Below, piece by piece: positions 17,581 to 26,634 of a DNA stretch of 27,666 nt. The notes under the pieces are model-generated. The model worked only from the letters and a program-made list of their open reading frames with translations. It ran no database searches and had not been told where the DNA came from. Source of the DNA: Bdellovibrionota bacterium (lineage in GTDB: Bacteria; Bdellovibrionota_C; UBA2361); contig JBILDU010000036.1 in the NCBI GenBank assembly GCA_044352465.1, positions 1 to 27,666 of the forward strand, written 5' to 3'. Position 1 is the first letter of the stretch, and each line of letters opens with the position of its first letter. The position numbers and the translations under genes were made by a program.

Positions 17581-18306
17581 TTATAGGCCGCCGTAGCGCG
17601 TGAGGAGCTCGGGGGAGTTTATGACCTTGAGGATCATTTGGACAGTTCCAGGGTTGACCGAGTTAGCCAAAATAACACCGAGGACGAGGGAGCCATAGAG
17701 CGGGATAAGCGATACGGTGCCCACCAGGAAGCCGTCCAGCAGGCCGAGGTTGCCCATCTGCCGGAGCGAGGAGAAGAGCACGATGAACATAAGGAGCTGG
17801 CAGATAATAAATACGTACGGCATCGACTCAAGGATCGGGTCTTGTGGCGCCGCATGTCCGGTAACGAGGAGGGTGATGATCGTGAGGCGACCATGGCTGA
17901 TATAATTAAAAATATAGGTGAGCCACACGGCGCCCACGAGCGGTGCCGTGCTATAGCCGATACACGCTGCGACTTTAAGCGGGGAGAAGCCGAGACCCAG
18001 GATCCCAAGAACGACCGACTCGATCAGGATAAAACACAGCACCGTGAACGTGCCGATAATTGAAATGCTGGCAAGTGCCGTCGAGTTGAAAAGCCCGAAT
18101 CCGTATTTGTAGCTTTGAAAGACGATTGGCCCGAGCAAGGACAGAAAAGCCACGAAAAAAAAGGAGAACACGTACGGCGGGCGTTTCTGCGAGAAGAGCG
18201 TCGCGGTCATCTCCCCAGGTCTGAGGACCAAGCCGAGGAAGGCTTCGATAAAATTGGGTTGATGAAGGTGGGGACGGTGCATGTTATATATTTTAACATG
18301 TGACAC
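17581..18306 (-). CDS. YIP1-like multi-pass membrane protein
   Basis: About 5 hydrophobic segments. N-terminal 'GLVLRPGEMTATL' and 'IGYSTAP' resemble Yip1-family patterns. Start uncertain. Confidence 0.6.
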   Translation of the reverse strand: MSHVKIYNMHRPHLHQPNFIEAFLGLVLRPGEMTATLFSQKRPPYVFSFFFVAFLSLLGPIVFQSYKYGFGLFNSTALASISIIGTFTVLCFILIESVVLGILGLGFSPLKVAACIGYSTAPLVGAVWLTYIFNYISHGRLTIITLLVTGHAAPQDPILESMPYVFIICQLLMFIVLFSSLRQMGNLGLLDGFLVGTVSLIPLYGSLVLGVILANSVNPGTVQMILKVINSPELLTRYGGL

Positions 18307-18409
18307 CGCCGATTGTCTTTACCTCTTTCGGAAGCGCTATGGGTCAGTCGGCCCGCGACGGTGCATGCTGCCGATCTCGGGGGCGCGTGGTGGCAAGGAT
18401 TTTTGTCCG

Positions 18410-19576
18410 ATGGTTGAGCTCACTGAAAACGAACTCCAAGCGTACGCCCGGCAGTGCGGCCTTGAGCTCTATGCTCATACCGACATGGCGCCGTTGCAGG
18501 AGGAGGCGGTGCGGCTCGCCGCTTGGCAGGCCTGTGGCTACGCGGGGGAGATGCGTTTTATGGAGCGTGCCCCTGATCTTTTCGCGGACCCACGCCGACT
18601 TTTGTCGAACGCGCAAACGGTCCTCGTCTTCGGTGTGCCGTATGGCGCCGCGCCCCATCCGCCTCGACCGCTCGGCTTCGGTCGGGTGGCGCGATATGCG
18701 TGGGGGCAGGACTACCATGTTGTGCTCCGTGAGCGGCTGCATCGACTGGGGACGAGTCTTTCGCAGGATCTTGGGGAGGAGGTTTTTTTTCGCTCCTTCA
18801 CCGATGCGGTGCCGCTCCTTGAGCGCGCTTTCGCCGCGCGAGCGGGACTCGGGTTTATCGGCAAGAATACCTTGCTCATTGTGGCCGGCGTGGGCTCGTT
18901 TCTTTTCCTGGGAGAGATCGTATCGAATCTCATGGTACGGCCGGGTGCTTTGAGGCTCGTGAAAGGCGATTGCGGGTCGTGCTTTCGGTGTGGTTCCGAC
19001 TGTCCGACCGGAGCGATTCGAGAGCCCCGGGTTCTCGACGCCCGGCGGTGTATTTCGTATTTGACGATCGAGAAACGTACCGCGCTTAACCCGACCGAGC
19101 GACGCGATCTCGGTGAGTGGCTTTTTGGCTGCGACATCTGTCAGGATGTATGTCCGTTCAATTACCGCGCTCAAAAGGAGGGCGATCCCCCTGCGTTTGA
19201 GGAATTCCGCCCCCAAAACGGGGTGGGGCCGTTGGTTGATTTGAAGCAGCTTTTTGAGATCCCGTCTGAGGCCGCGTTTCGGCGCCGCTTTGGTCACACC
19301 GCCGTATCGCGTGCCCGACGGAAAACCTTGGTGCGAAACGGGGTCGTGGTAGCGGCGAATACCGCTGCGGTCGAGCTGACGGAGGTGGTCGCACGTTTGG
19401 CTTCGGCGGATCCAAGCCCTCTTGTTCGCCAACACGCTTTGTGGGCAGTCTGGGTATTGGAGTGTCAGTATGGTGCTGGGCGCGTTGATGTGACGGCGTT
19501 ACTCAATCGCGCGGGGCGCGATTCGGCAGCGGAGGTTCGCCAAGAGGCGCACGATATCGGTGAGGGAATTGTATGA
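18410..19576 (+). CDS. queG: tRNA epoxyqueuosine(34) reductase
   Basis: Motifs 'VARYAWGQDYH', 'ERAFAARAGLGFIGKNT', 'CGSCFRCGSDCPTGA', 'CISYLTIE' and 'GCDICQDVCPFN', with a HEAT-like C-terminus. Start probably ATG 18410; the ORF is open from 18281. Confidence 0.95.
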   Translation: MVELTENELQAYARQCGLELYAHTDMAPLQEEAVRLAAWQACGYAGEMRFMERAPDLFADPRRLLSNAQTVLVFGVPYGAAPHPPRPLGFGRVARYAWGQDYHVVLRERLHRLGTSLSQDLGEEVFFRSFTDAVPLLERAFAARAGLGFIGKNTLLIVAGVGSFLFLGEIVSNLMVRPGALRLVKGDCGSCFRCGSDCPTGAIREPRVLDARRCISYLTIEKRTALNPTERRDLGEWLFGCDICQDVCPFNYRAQKEGDPPAFEEFRPQNGVGPLVDLKQLFEIPSEAAFRRRFGHTAVSRARRKTLVRNGVVVAANTAAVELTEVVARLASADPSPLVRQHALWAVWVLECQYGAGRVDVTALLNRAGRDSAAEVRQEAHDIGEGIV

Positions 19577-20163
19577 GAATACTTGGTCGGGTGTTGTTAA
19601 GTGCCGTCGTGATAGGTGGGCTTGCTGGCTGCTCTCCGGGGCTGGGGACTACTCTTTCAATTGGAGCTGTCCCGACGCCGGTTGTGGGACGCTCCTCTCT
19701 GAGGGATTCCCCGGTTCGAATCCAGTCTTTCATCGATGCTCGTCCACCCCACAGCGTATCGGTCGGCGACCGGCAACTCCGGGCTGAGGGGGATGTCCCC
19801 GGAAAGGTGCAGGTTGCGCTGGGTGAGTTCTTAAAGGCGAACGGCTTTCGCCTTTCGGCTGGTGACGCCGCGGCCATACGGGGAACGGTACTCGATTGGG
19901 GGGTCAAGGTAACCCCCGGGTTCCCCTCGAGTGTTGTTGAAGGAAACGCGACCGTGGAACTCGAGGCGTTCGGCTCAGACTCGACCGAGCGGTACGTGCG
20001 GCGTTACTCCGGCCAGGCGGTCGCCCGTCATCCTTTCCTCAATGAGGAGCGAATTCGCGAAACGATGGGCGAGGCGATGCGCTATGCTCTTCAAACTGCG
20101 ATGGAGGACGCGCGGCTTCTTGAAAACTTACGGAAGAGCGTCCCCGCCACCGTTGAGTGGTAG
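19573..20163 (+). CDS. Putative lipoprotein (possibly YajG-like)
   Basis: Signal peptide with lipobox 'LAGC', and 'IQSFIDARP'. ATGA overlap with queG. Confidence 0.65.
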   Translation: MRILGRVLLSAVVIGGLAGCSPGLGTTLSIGAVPTPVVGRSSLRDSPVRIQSFIDARPPHSVSVGDRQLRAEGDVPGKVQVALGEFLKANGFRLSAGDAAAIRGTVLDWGVKVTPGFPSSVVEGNATVELEAFGSDSTERYVRRYSGQAVARHPFLNEERIRETMGEAMRYALQTAMEDARLLENLRKSVPATVEW

Positions 20164-20685
20164 TGGCGTTGAGAGTGGGGAGGCACCCGGCAGCTCCTCT
20201 TTTCGGGTGACCTCTTTGGCGATTCGGTCGAGCATCGCGTCGAACAGGAGCGGATCGCGGTCCCGATATTTTTTAAGCAGCTCGAGCGCTTCGACCTCAC
20301 GTCCGTTTTGTTCCAGCCAAGTGCCGGTGGCGCGAAATCGATCGGAGACAAGTCCTCGTTCTATGCCGGCGGTTTCAGCGCGCTCAAACGCGCCGAGTGC
20401 GGCAGCAACGTCGCCGCGGCGAAGCTCAAGGTCGCCGATCATTAATTCATAAAAGGATGGGTTCTCCCATTCCGGTCGCTCGGCGAGTGAGAGACGGTAG
20501 GCGATGTGGCGGCGGTAGCTCTCGATCGCCGCGGTGATATCACCTTTCCGGGTGGCCTCCTCCGCTGCACGCAGATGCTCCCCGGCACCGCGCACTCCGA
20601 AGATCCGTTGGCATCCGCTGGTGCCGCTGAGGAGAGTTGCCAAGAGAAGAGCTCGGATTAGGCACTGTGCAGCGCTTTTTTTCAT
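20128..20685 (-). CDS. TPR-like putative lipoprotein
   Basis: Signal 'MKKS...LLLATLLSGTSGC'. Helical-repeat segments 'AEEATRKGDITAAIESYRR', 'GDVAAALGAFERA' and 'GREVEALELL'. ATGA overlap with the acyltransferase stop. Confidence 0.7.
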   Translation of the reverse strand: MKKSAAQCLIRALLLATLLSGTSGCQRIFGVRGAGEHLRAAEEATRKGDITAAIESYRRHIAYRLSLAERPEWENPSFYELMIGDLELRRGDVAAALGAFERAETAGIERGLVSDRFRATGTWLEQNGREVEALELLKKYRDRDPLLFDAMLDRIAKEVTRKEELPGASPLSTPLPLNGGGDALP

Positions 20686-21605
20686 GATACCTCCTTCTCC
20701 TCGCCTTGGAGTATTTGGCTCTTCACGCCGTTGCCCTGAGCGTTAATCTTGCGCTGAAGGTAACTCACATACTCCCGACTGGAGAGCCGTTCACCCGAGG
20801 GGAGGGTCCGCCACCGCTTGTGAAACCACACCCACTGGGCGGGATAGCGGCGGATGAGTTCCTCAAGCCGGCTGTGATAGATCGCGAGGACCTCCGCGAG
20901 GGGGGCTCCGTCGTGAATCGGTTTGACATTAACCTCGTAGCGGCCAGAAGGGAGTCGCACGATAAAAGCGGTGACGATGCGGGCGTCGTACCGACGGGAT
21001 ATGTCGATGAGACTCGAGGGGGTGAATGCGGGCTCACCAAAGAAGTTACTCAAGGTTCCATCCACCCGAGTATCCTGGTCGATCAGTGCGGCGATGAGAC
21101 CCCGGCTTCGGAGATGTCCCACGATTCGCCGGAGCGCCTGAGGATCGTCGCGCCAAAAGGTGGTTATTCCGTACCGCGAGCGCAGGGCGGTGAGCAACCT
21201 ATGGAGCGCCGGTGAGCGGGCTGCTCGACCGATCGTTGCCACGGAGAGCCCCTTTGAGACGGCGTAGGCACCGAGGAGATCCCACGGCCCTAGGTGGGCG
21301 GTGAGCGCGAGGACCGGCCGATTGCCTTGGCGGAGCTCGGCGATAAAATCCTCGTCAGGAGAGTCGATCTCTTGGAGAAGCGGGGAGAGATCGAGCGCGG
21401 TCAATGCTGTTCGCCCCGCCTCAGTGTATACCTGACGTACCAGGGCGCGGGTGTTACGGTCCGGTAAAAAGAGCCTCAGCTGAAGTTCGGCGATGGCACG
21501 GTCGCGGGTGGGGATGAGCGAAAAAAGGAACCCTCCCCATCCGCCAAGTCGGCGGCGCACCGACAGTGGGAGCAACGCGAGAGCGGCGAAGAGAAGCTTT
21601 CCCAC
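20682..21605 (-). CDS. lpxL: Lipid A biosynthesis lauroyl/myristoyl acyltransferase (LpxL/HtrB family)
   Basis: Motifs 'TAHLGPWD', 'ALIDQD', 'FFGEPA' and 'IRRYPAQWVWFHKRWR'. Confidence 0.85.
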   Translation of the reverse strand: MGKLLFAALALLPLSVRRRLGGWGGFLFSLIPTRDRAIAELQLRLFLPDRNTRALVRQVYTEAGRTALTALDLSPLLQEIDSPDEDFIAELRQGNRPVLALTAHLGPWDLLGAYAVSKGLSVATIGRAARSPALHRLLTALRSRYGITTFWRDDPQALRRIVGHLRSRGLIAALIDQDTRVDGTLSNFFGEPAFTPSSLIDISRRYDARIVTAFIVRLPSGRYEVNVKPIHDGAPLAEVLAIYHSRLEELIRRYPAQWVWFHKRWRTLPSGERLSSREYVSYLQRKINAQGNGVKSQILQGEEKEVS

Positions 21606-21607
21606 GA

Positions 21608-22681
21608 CTATTCGAGCTCCACAGCGGCGCGAGCTGCGCGCTCCGAATTCCGCACGAGCACGAACTCGAGGAGTTGCTCACGAAAAACTATCCCCGCTAA
21701 GTTCCCTTCGCGCGAGACAAGGAGGGGATCGCCCGCATCGCCCCGCGTCAAAATATCCAAGACGTCTTCGAGTGGGAGCTCCGCAGAGATCGTTGTCAGA
21801 CCCCGGTCGATCAATTCAGCGACGTACACGTCGCCCCCTTGAATCGCTGCGTCGACGAGGTCTTCTCGAAAGAGAACCCCACCGGTCGTCGTGCCGTGAC
21901 AAATACGAAAGACGGTGTGGTGGGAGCGGAGTACCTCAGTGATTATCGCTCCGACCGTCGCGCCGTGAGCGAAGGTGGGTAGATCCTCAATCCGTGTCAT
22001 CACGGAGGATATCGTGGTGTTTCCGAGGAGCATTTTGGTCCGAGCACGGGCCACTGCACTCACCGTTGCCAGAGCCACGGCGATAGCTGCAGCGAACGGG
22101 AGAGGATCGCCGAGCCCCACGCCGAGAGCACCGAGGAGCACCGCGCACGCTGTGCCCCCACGCCACCCCCACAGGGAGGTCGCCCGCGGATTTTGCTGCC
22201 GCGCACCCTCCGCAAAGGCGTCTCCACAATCGAGGGGTGCAAAGGGTAACAGGTTTAAAAGGGCGAGGATGAGGTTGTATCTCTGAAAGAGTCGGGTAAG
22301 TTCGCTGCGCTGGGCGTCGATGACACCGAGGTCACCCTCGATAACCCCCAGAATGACTGCGGCGATGAGGTTTACGGCCGGGCCGGCGAGCCTATACGCG
22401 AGGAACGATCGGGGCGAGATCCCTTTTGCAACGCTCACCTCACTCCCGAAGGGGTATACCGTCGATGCCATTGCGGTGATACCGAGATAACGGGCGGCTA
22501 GGAGGTGACCGAGCTCGTGGACGAGGAGAGCTCCCGCAAGAGCGCTGAGAGCGAGCAAGGCGGAGTTATCCCCGGCCGCATGACGAAGAACGTACCATCC
22601 GATAACGGCGATCGAGAGAAGGTGAATGTATATCGCGGTCCCACGAACACTGATGAGCGGCAACTTCGTTCGAATATCCAT
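21608..22681 (-). CDS. Site-2 protease (peptidase M50) with C-terminal CBS domains
   Basis: Motifs 'HELGH', 'AGPAVN' and 'NLLPFAPLD'. The C-terminus is CBS-like ('ISSVMT', 'GNLAGIVFREQL'). Confidence 0.88.
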   Translation of the reverse strand: MDIRTKLPLISVRGTAIYIHLLSIAVIGWYVLRHAAGDNSALLALSALAGALLVHELGHLLAARYLGITAMASTVYPFGSEVSVAKGISPRSFLAYRLAGPAVNLIAAVILGVIEGDLGVIDAQRSELTRLFQRYNLILALLNLLPFAPLDCGDAFAEGARQQNPRATSLWGWRGGTACAVLLGALGVGLGDPLPFAAAIAVALATVSAVARARTKMLLGNTTISSVMTRIEDLPTFAHGATVGAIITEVLRSHHTVFRICHGTTTGGVLFREDLVDAAIQGGDVYVAELIDRGLTTISAELPLEDVLDILTRGDAGDPLLVSREGNLAGIVFREQLLEFVLVRNSERAARAAVELE

Positions 22682-23286
22682 AGAGTAATGGTAGTGAGCT
22701 GTTTCTGCCCGACCTGCTCACTTTTGGGGGGCTTCGAACTCCCCTTAAAGACGACAGCATCATGGCCCCGCTCTACGAACGGGTTTCGTAAATTCAAATC
22801 TTACCTCGCCGAGGTGTGAAAAATACCCTCGTTCGGGGGGCTTTTCCATCGCCCGGGCTGCCATCCTCGGCGCGCCGATCGCTTGCAGTAGTGTGGTTTG
22901 AATCGGGGCTTTATGACAAGGCCACTCCTGCGTCTGGTGGCGCTGCTGAGTGAACGATGAGAGTGTAAAGCCCTTAAAATTGGCGATAACGGGGGTTTTA
23001 GAGCTCCTCGAAGGATTTAACCGAGTTTTTTAAAACCTGCTCGCGTGGGAAGCTCGAGTGGTTACGGGTGATTATCCTGGTGACGTTCGATGCGTCGTTC
23101 ACGAATGGCGCTGATCTAGCTGAGACTGCTGCCACAGTGAGAGAGTTTTTTCCGCATAGCAGCCATGGCACGAGAAATAGGGAGCTTAGAAGGGCCGAAC
23201 TTTCGCCAGGATCGCGAGTCAGAGATTTCGACCGGGAAAATTTTGATGGCGCGCTTCGATAATCGCCGAAGAAAAAAAAGCCAGAC

Positions 23287-23319
23287 AAAAAAAGCCAGAG
23301 ATACGAATCTCCGGCTTTT
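23287..23319 (-). terminator. Intrinsic terminator after the 23349-23858 gene
   Basis: Minus strand AAAAGCCGGAGAT-TCGT-ATCTCTGGC-TTTTTTT. The 3' arm and U-tract are duplicated at 23272-23285. Confidence 0.8.
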
Positions 23320-23348
23320 ATAAAAGCGCAGTTCCGTCGGCGCTCAGA

Positions 23349-23858
23349 TTACGATGCTGGCGATAACTCGTCGCCTTCGCCATCGCTATCGTCGTTCGCC
23401 GCAACGATGGCGATGGTGCCTCCACCGACACCGAGAGCTGCTGCGCCAAGCGCGAGGCCACCAGCCGTTCCAGCTGCAACCACGCCACCGGTGATAGCCA
23501 CCTGAGTAAAGATTACCCCTTGAGTTGTCGTTGAAACGGTCCACGTCCCCGGGGCAACCGAGTTAAAGACCACCACGCCGTTACTTGCCGTCGCCCGAAT
23601 AGTCTCTCCTGAGGCATTGGTAAGGATTACCTCAATGTCTGAGGCTGGCTCACCGTTCTCAGCGGTTACGTTGAATTCAACCTTCGCCGATCCTTTTACC
23701 TCTTCGGCGGCGCGGGTGAAGCCGCTTGAATCTTGGATAATAAGTTCCTCGGCAACCACCGCCGGGGGGGAGCTTAAAGAGAAGGCAAAGATTGCGCCGC
23801 AGATCCCTACGCTCAAACGACGGAAGGAATTTCCTAAACGTAACACCATAGTCGACAC
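23349..23858 (-). CDS. Small exported protein: beta-sandwich (carboxypeptidase-regulatory-like) domain, Gly/Ala hydrophobic tail and acidic end
   Basis: Signal peptide ending 'AVVA'. Domain pattern 'NGEPASDIEVILTN...ATASNGVVVFNSVAPGTWTV'. C-terminus 'GGLALGAAALGVGGGTIAIVAANDDSDGEGDELSPAS'. Confidence 0.75.
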   Translation of the reverse strand: MSTMVLRLGNSFRRLSVGICGAIFAFSLSSPPAVVAEELIIQDSSGFTRAAEEVKGSAKVEFNVTAENGEPASDIEVILTNASGETIRATASNGVVVFNSVAPGTWTVSTTTQGVIFTQVAITGGVVAAGTAGGLALGAAALGVGGGTIAIVAANDDSDGEGDELSPAS

Positions 23859-24099
23859 CTATGCTTCAATCCCTGGTCAAGGCACTTACGCTGCTACCTT
23901 TACTTCGGCACAGCGCCATGAGTGCTAGAGGGGTTACTTCACAACCTACACGATAGCCACCGAATGGGTTGGACACGTTACCGGACGGTTGAGTTCCTTA
24001 CAACGACTTCGTGAGCCGAGAGGACCGATTCTAGAGCTAAAAAAGCTCCCTCCGTCTTTTCGACGCACCACGAAGCTTCATCGATTCAGCTATATAACC

Positions 24100-25719
24100 T
24101 CAGCGGGCGGCTCGGTCAGTAAAATCGATCAGGAGACCAATGATAACGCCGAGCTGGATAACGATGGCGGGGATCCTGAGATGAAAATCAAACGCCGTTG
24201 ATATGAAAGTGGTGGTGAGAGCAGCTACAAGGGCGATGAGGGTCAAACGATGCGGGGAGGCAAAGATCGCCCGGGCCCCCTTTATCACCAAGGCTCCGAG
24301 ACCTCCCAGGACGATAACGAACCCGAATAGCCCCGTTTCAGCGAGAAGTTGGGCTGGGTCGTTGTGGAGATATACCGGAGTAATGCCTGCGAGGAGGGGG
24401 CTCATCACCTCGGCGTACGCACTCGCCCAACTACCGACTCCGAGACCGAACCAGGGATGGGCCACGATGAGTGGCCAGGTGTCGGCGAGGAGTTGGAAGC
24501 GCATATCCTCTTTCGAGTGGAGTAATCCGTATTCGATGCGGCTCTCAATGAGCTCCGCGCCGCGGTCACGGAGAAACAGGTAGACCCCCAAACAGAGAAT
24601 CGCCACGGTGAAGAACTTTAAGCGGGCCCATACTTGGGGGCTCATCGTGAAAGCGCTCACCGGGGTATTCGAGCGGTGCCGTCGGGAGCGTCGCCGACCC
24701 GTCTTCGGCCCCGGGGCGACGTGCACCGCGGCTGTTTCAGCGGGGGGGAGCTTGGGGCGAGACAGGCGGTCGAAGACGATGAATGTGACGATTCCGACCA
24801 CGGTGCTCAGCCACACACCCCGAGACAGGGTCGCAATAATACAGAGGAGCACCGCGAGGAGAAGCGCTCCGTCGACGGTGAGAGACACGATCCGCCGCTG
24901 GACCCTTTGGTCGGCCATGAGGTCAGAAAAGCTCTTCGTTTTTCCGGTGCGCTGGGAAACGGTCAGTGCGCGGAGACCAGAGGCGGCGGTGAAGCACCGC
25001 GCAGCGAGTAAAAAGAGGCTTGGAATGAGAAAACAGGCGAGGTGGTTCGAGTTGACGAACGGCCACCGTGCGCGCTGGGAAATAAAGACGTTCTCCGGTT
25101 CGAAAAACCAAAAAAGTTTGCCGTTGTCGTAAAACCAATGCGCGAGCCCCACAAAAGCCGTGATTGCTCCAGCGGTTACGATACAGCTCTCGAGGCGGGG
25201 CGAATATTCAGGCTTCAGGAGTATGAGCGCACGGGCACAGACGACCGCGCCCACGAAAAAAAGCACCTCCCGGAGCCAGCTTATCCCTCCAACGATCGTC
25301 GCATACGACGTCTCGCCTCCGAGAACGGGGTGGACGGCTGACTCTGTCCAGAGTCCCAGCGCGATTCGCGCAACGGCGTAGCTCAAAAAAATACCCGCCG
25401 TAACCAGGAAGAGCTTAAAAGCCGATCGGGCTAGGGCGGCATCGTAAAGCTCTGCGCCGAACATCCACACCAGCACGGTAGCACCAAGAAAGACACCGAT
25501 TTCAGCGGGGGCGTATACCGCTGAATGCACCCCACCAAACATGAGGGGCAGGGCGAAGATTAGGAGTCCTATGAATGCGCCGACCCAACGGAGTGTTCGC
25601 GCTTGAATCGGACCGAGCGACCGGTCGAGTACCGTCGTTCCTTCAATCTCTATTGCATGATTTTTTCGCCGCACCGCTTGGGCCGTCCAATCGTTGAGGG
25701 TTGCTTTGCTACCGTCCAC
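24100..25719 (-). CDS. O-antigen ligase (WaaL / Wzy_C) family membrane protein
   Basis: Many TM segments. Motifs 'PFVNSNHLA', 'TLSRG', 'R.QL...TWPLIVAHPWFGLGVG', 'HNDPAQLLAETG' and 'DFHLRIPA'. Confidence 0.88.
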   Translation of the reverse strand: MDGSKATLNDWTAQAVRRKNHAIEIEGTTVLDRSLGPIQARTLRWVGAFIGLLIFALPLMFGGVHSAVYAPAEIGVFLGATVLVWMFGAELYDAALARSAFKLFLVTAGIFLSYAVARIALGLWTESAVHPVLGGETSYATIVGGISWLREVLFFVGAVVCARALILLKPEYSPRLESCIVTAGAITAFVGLAHWFYDNGKLFWFFEPENVFISQRARWPFVNSNHLACFLIPSLFLLAARCFTAASGLRALTVSQRTGKTKSFSDLMADQRVQRRIVSLTVDGALLLAVLLCIIATLSRGVWLSTVVGIVTFIVFDRLSRPKLPPAETAAVHVAPGPKTGRRRSRRHRSNTPVSAFTMSPQVWARLKFFTVAILCLGVYLFLRDRGAELIESRIEYGLLHSKEDMRFQLLADTWPLIVAHPWFGLGVGSWASAYAEVMSPLLAGITPVYLHNDPAQLLAETGLFGFVIVLGGLGALVIKGARAIFASPHRLTLIALVAALTTTFISTAFDFHLRIPAIVIQLGVIIGLLIDFTDRAAR

Positions 25720-25920
25720 ACCGCCTCTCGGTAAAATTTTTGCTCACAACCGGAGGCGCCCCCCGGGGATTCTCTACACGCTTATACCACACGTCTGCGG
25801 TTTCGCGACCCCTCTGCCGACGTACCGACCGGTAAGTTTTTTCGCCTACTATCGGTTTTGCGGGCAGGACACAACGGCGGCCCGAACGGCCATGCCTATA
25901 CCAGAGCGAAGGGCCGGTAT

Positions 25921-26634
25921 TTAGCTTAGGGCCGCTGTGTTAGTCGGCGTGCTGGCGCGGGGAGGTAGTGTTGTGAGGGTCGCGTAGAGTGATGCGACGG
26001 CACGATCGAGCTCTTCAAGGGAGCCCTCGTTTTTGATCGTGTAATCGGCCAAAGCGACCTTCTGCTCGATGGGGAGTTGGGCGGCGAGTTTCCGCTCGGC
26101 CAACTCTGCTGTGCAGCGGTCCCGCGCCACCACCCGTTGTCGTGATATCTCGCGATTTGCCGATACAACGACGGTGTAGTCGAATTCGGTACGGGGGGTC
26201 GGGGACTCAAAGAGCAACGGAACGACGTAAATAACGAGGTGGCGGGTGCCCACCGGTGGGGGGCTTGGTAAGGTCATGAGATGAGCCGCAAGCTCCGCCT
26301 CGAATCGCTCCCGGATACGGGGGTGGAGGCAACCCTCGAGCCACCGGCGTTCGGGGGGAGAGTTGAAGACGATCTCACCGAGTTTCTTACGGTTGAGGAC
26401 TCCCCCCTTATCAACGATAGTGGAGCCGAAGTGCTCAACGATCTGGCCTAGCGCCGGGGTGCCCGGCTCAACCACCCGCCGAGCAAGGATGTCGGCGTCG
26501 ATGACAAAAGCGCCACAGCGCTCCAACCGTTCAGCCACCGCCGACTTTCCGCTTCCGATAGCTCCGGTGAGAGCGACGACGAGATGTCGCCGGTCGGGGC
26601 TCGCAGGGGGGGGATCTGAAGGTGTTTGAATCAT
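25921..26634 (-). CDS. coaE: Dephospho-CoA kinase
   Basis: Motifs 'ALTGAIGSGKS', 'IDADILARRVVEPG', 'LNRKKLGEIVF', 'LHPRI', 'VPLLFE' and 'ADYTIKNEG'. Confidence 0.96.
   Translation of the reverse strand: MIQTPSDPPPASPDRRHLVVALTGAIGSGKSAVAERLERCGAFVIDADILARRVVEPGTPALGQIVEHFGSTIVDKGGVLNRKKLGEIVFNSPPERRWLEGCLHPRIRERFEAELAAHLMTLPSPPPVGTRHLVIYVVPLLFESPTPRTEFDYTVVVSANREISRQRVVARDRCTAELAERKLAAQLPIEQKVALADYTIKNEGSLEELDRAVASLYATLTTLPPRASTPTNTAALS

Noticed and set aside
18344..19435. 363-aa antisense ORF, plus similar shadows at 12525-13223, 11413-12000, 3806-4411 and 9631-10116
   Set aside because: They overlap well-supported genes, carry no recognisable motifs, and are expected in GC-rich coding DNA.
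17445..19576. Functional link between tRNA-Glu and queG
   Set aside because: Queuosine modifies GUN-anticodon tRNAs (Asp, Asn, His, Tyr), not Glu(UUC).
22726..22744. tRNA or tmRNA remnant (TTCGAA T-loop-like hairpin)
   Set aside because: No acceptor, D or anticodon arms and no CCA. Kept only as a hairpin within the intergenic finding.
22966..22989. Sigma28-like TAAA...GGCGATAA (similar pairs at 9486-9507 and 14930-14953)
   Set aside because: Spacers are 10-12 nt rather than the required ~15.
23882..23925. SRP RNA-like hairpin (AGCAGC on the minus strand)
   Set aside because: Lacks the CAGG...GNRA...AGCAG helix-8 arrangement.
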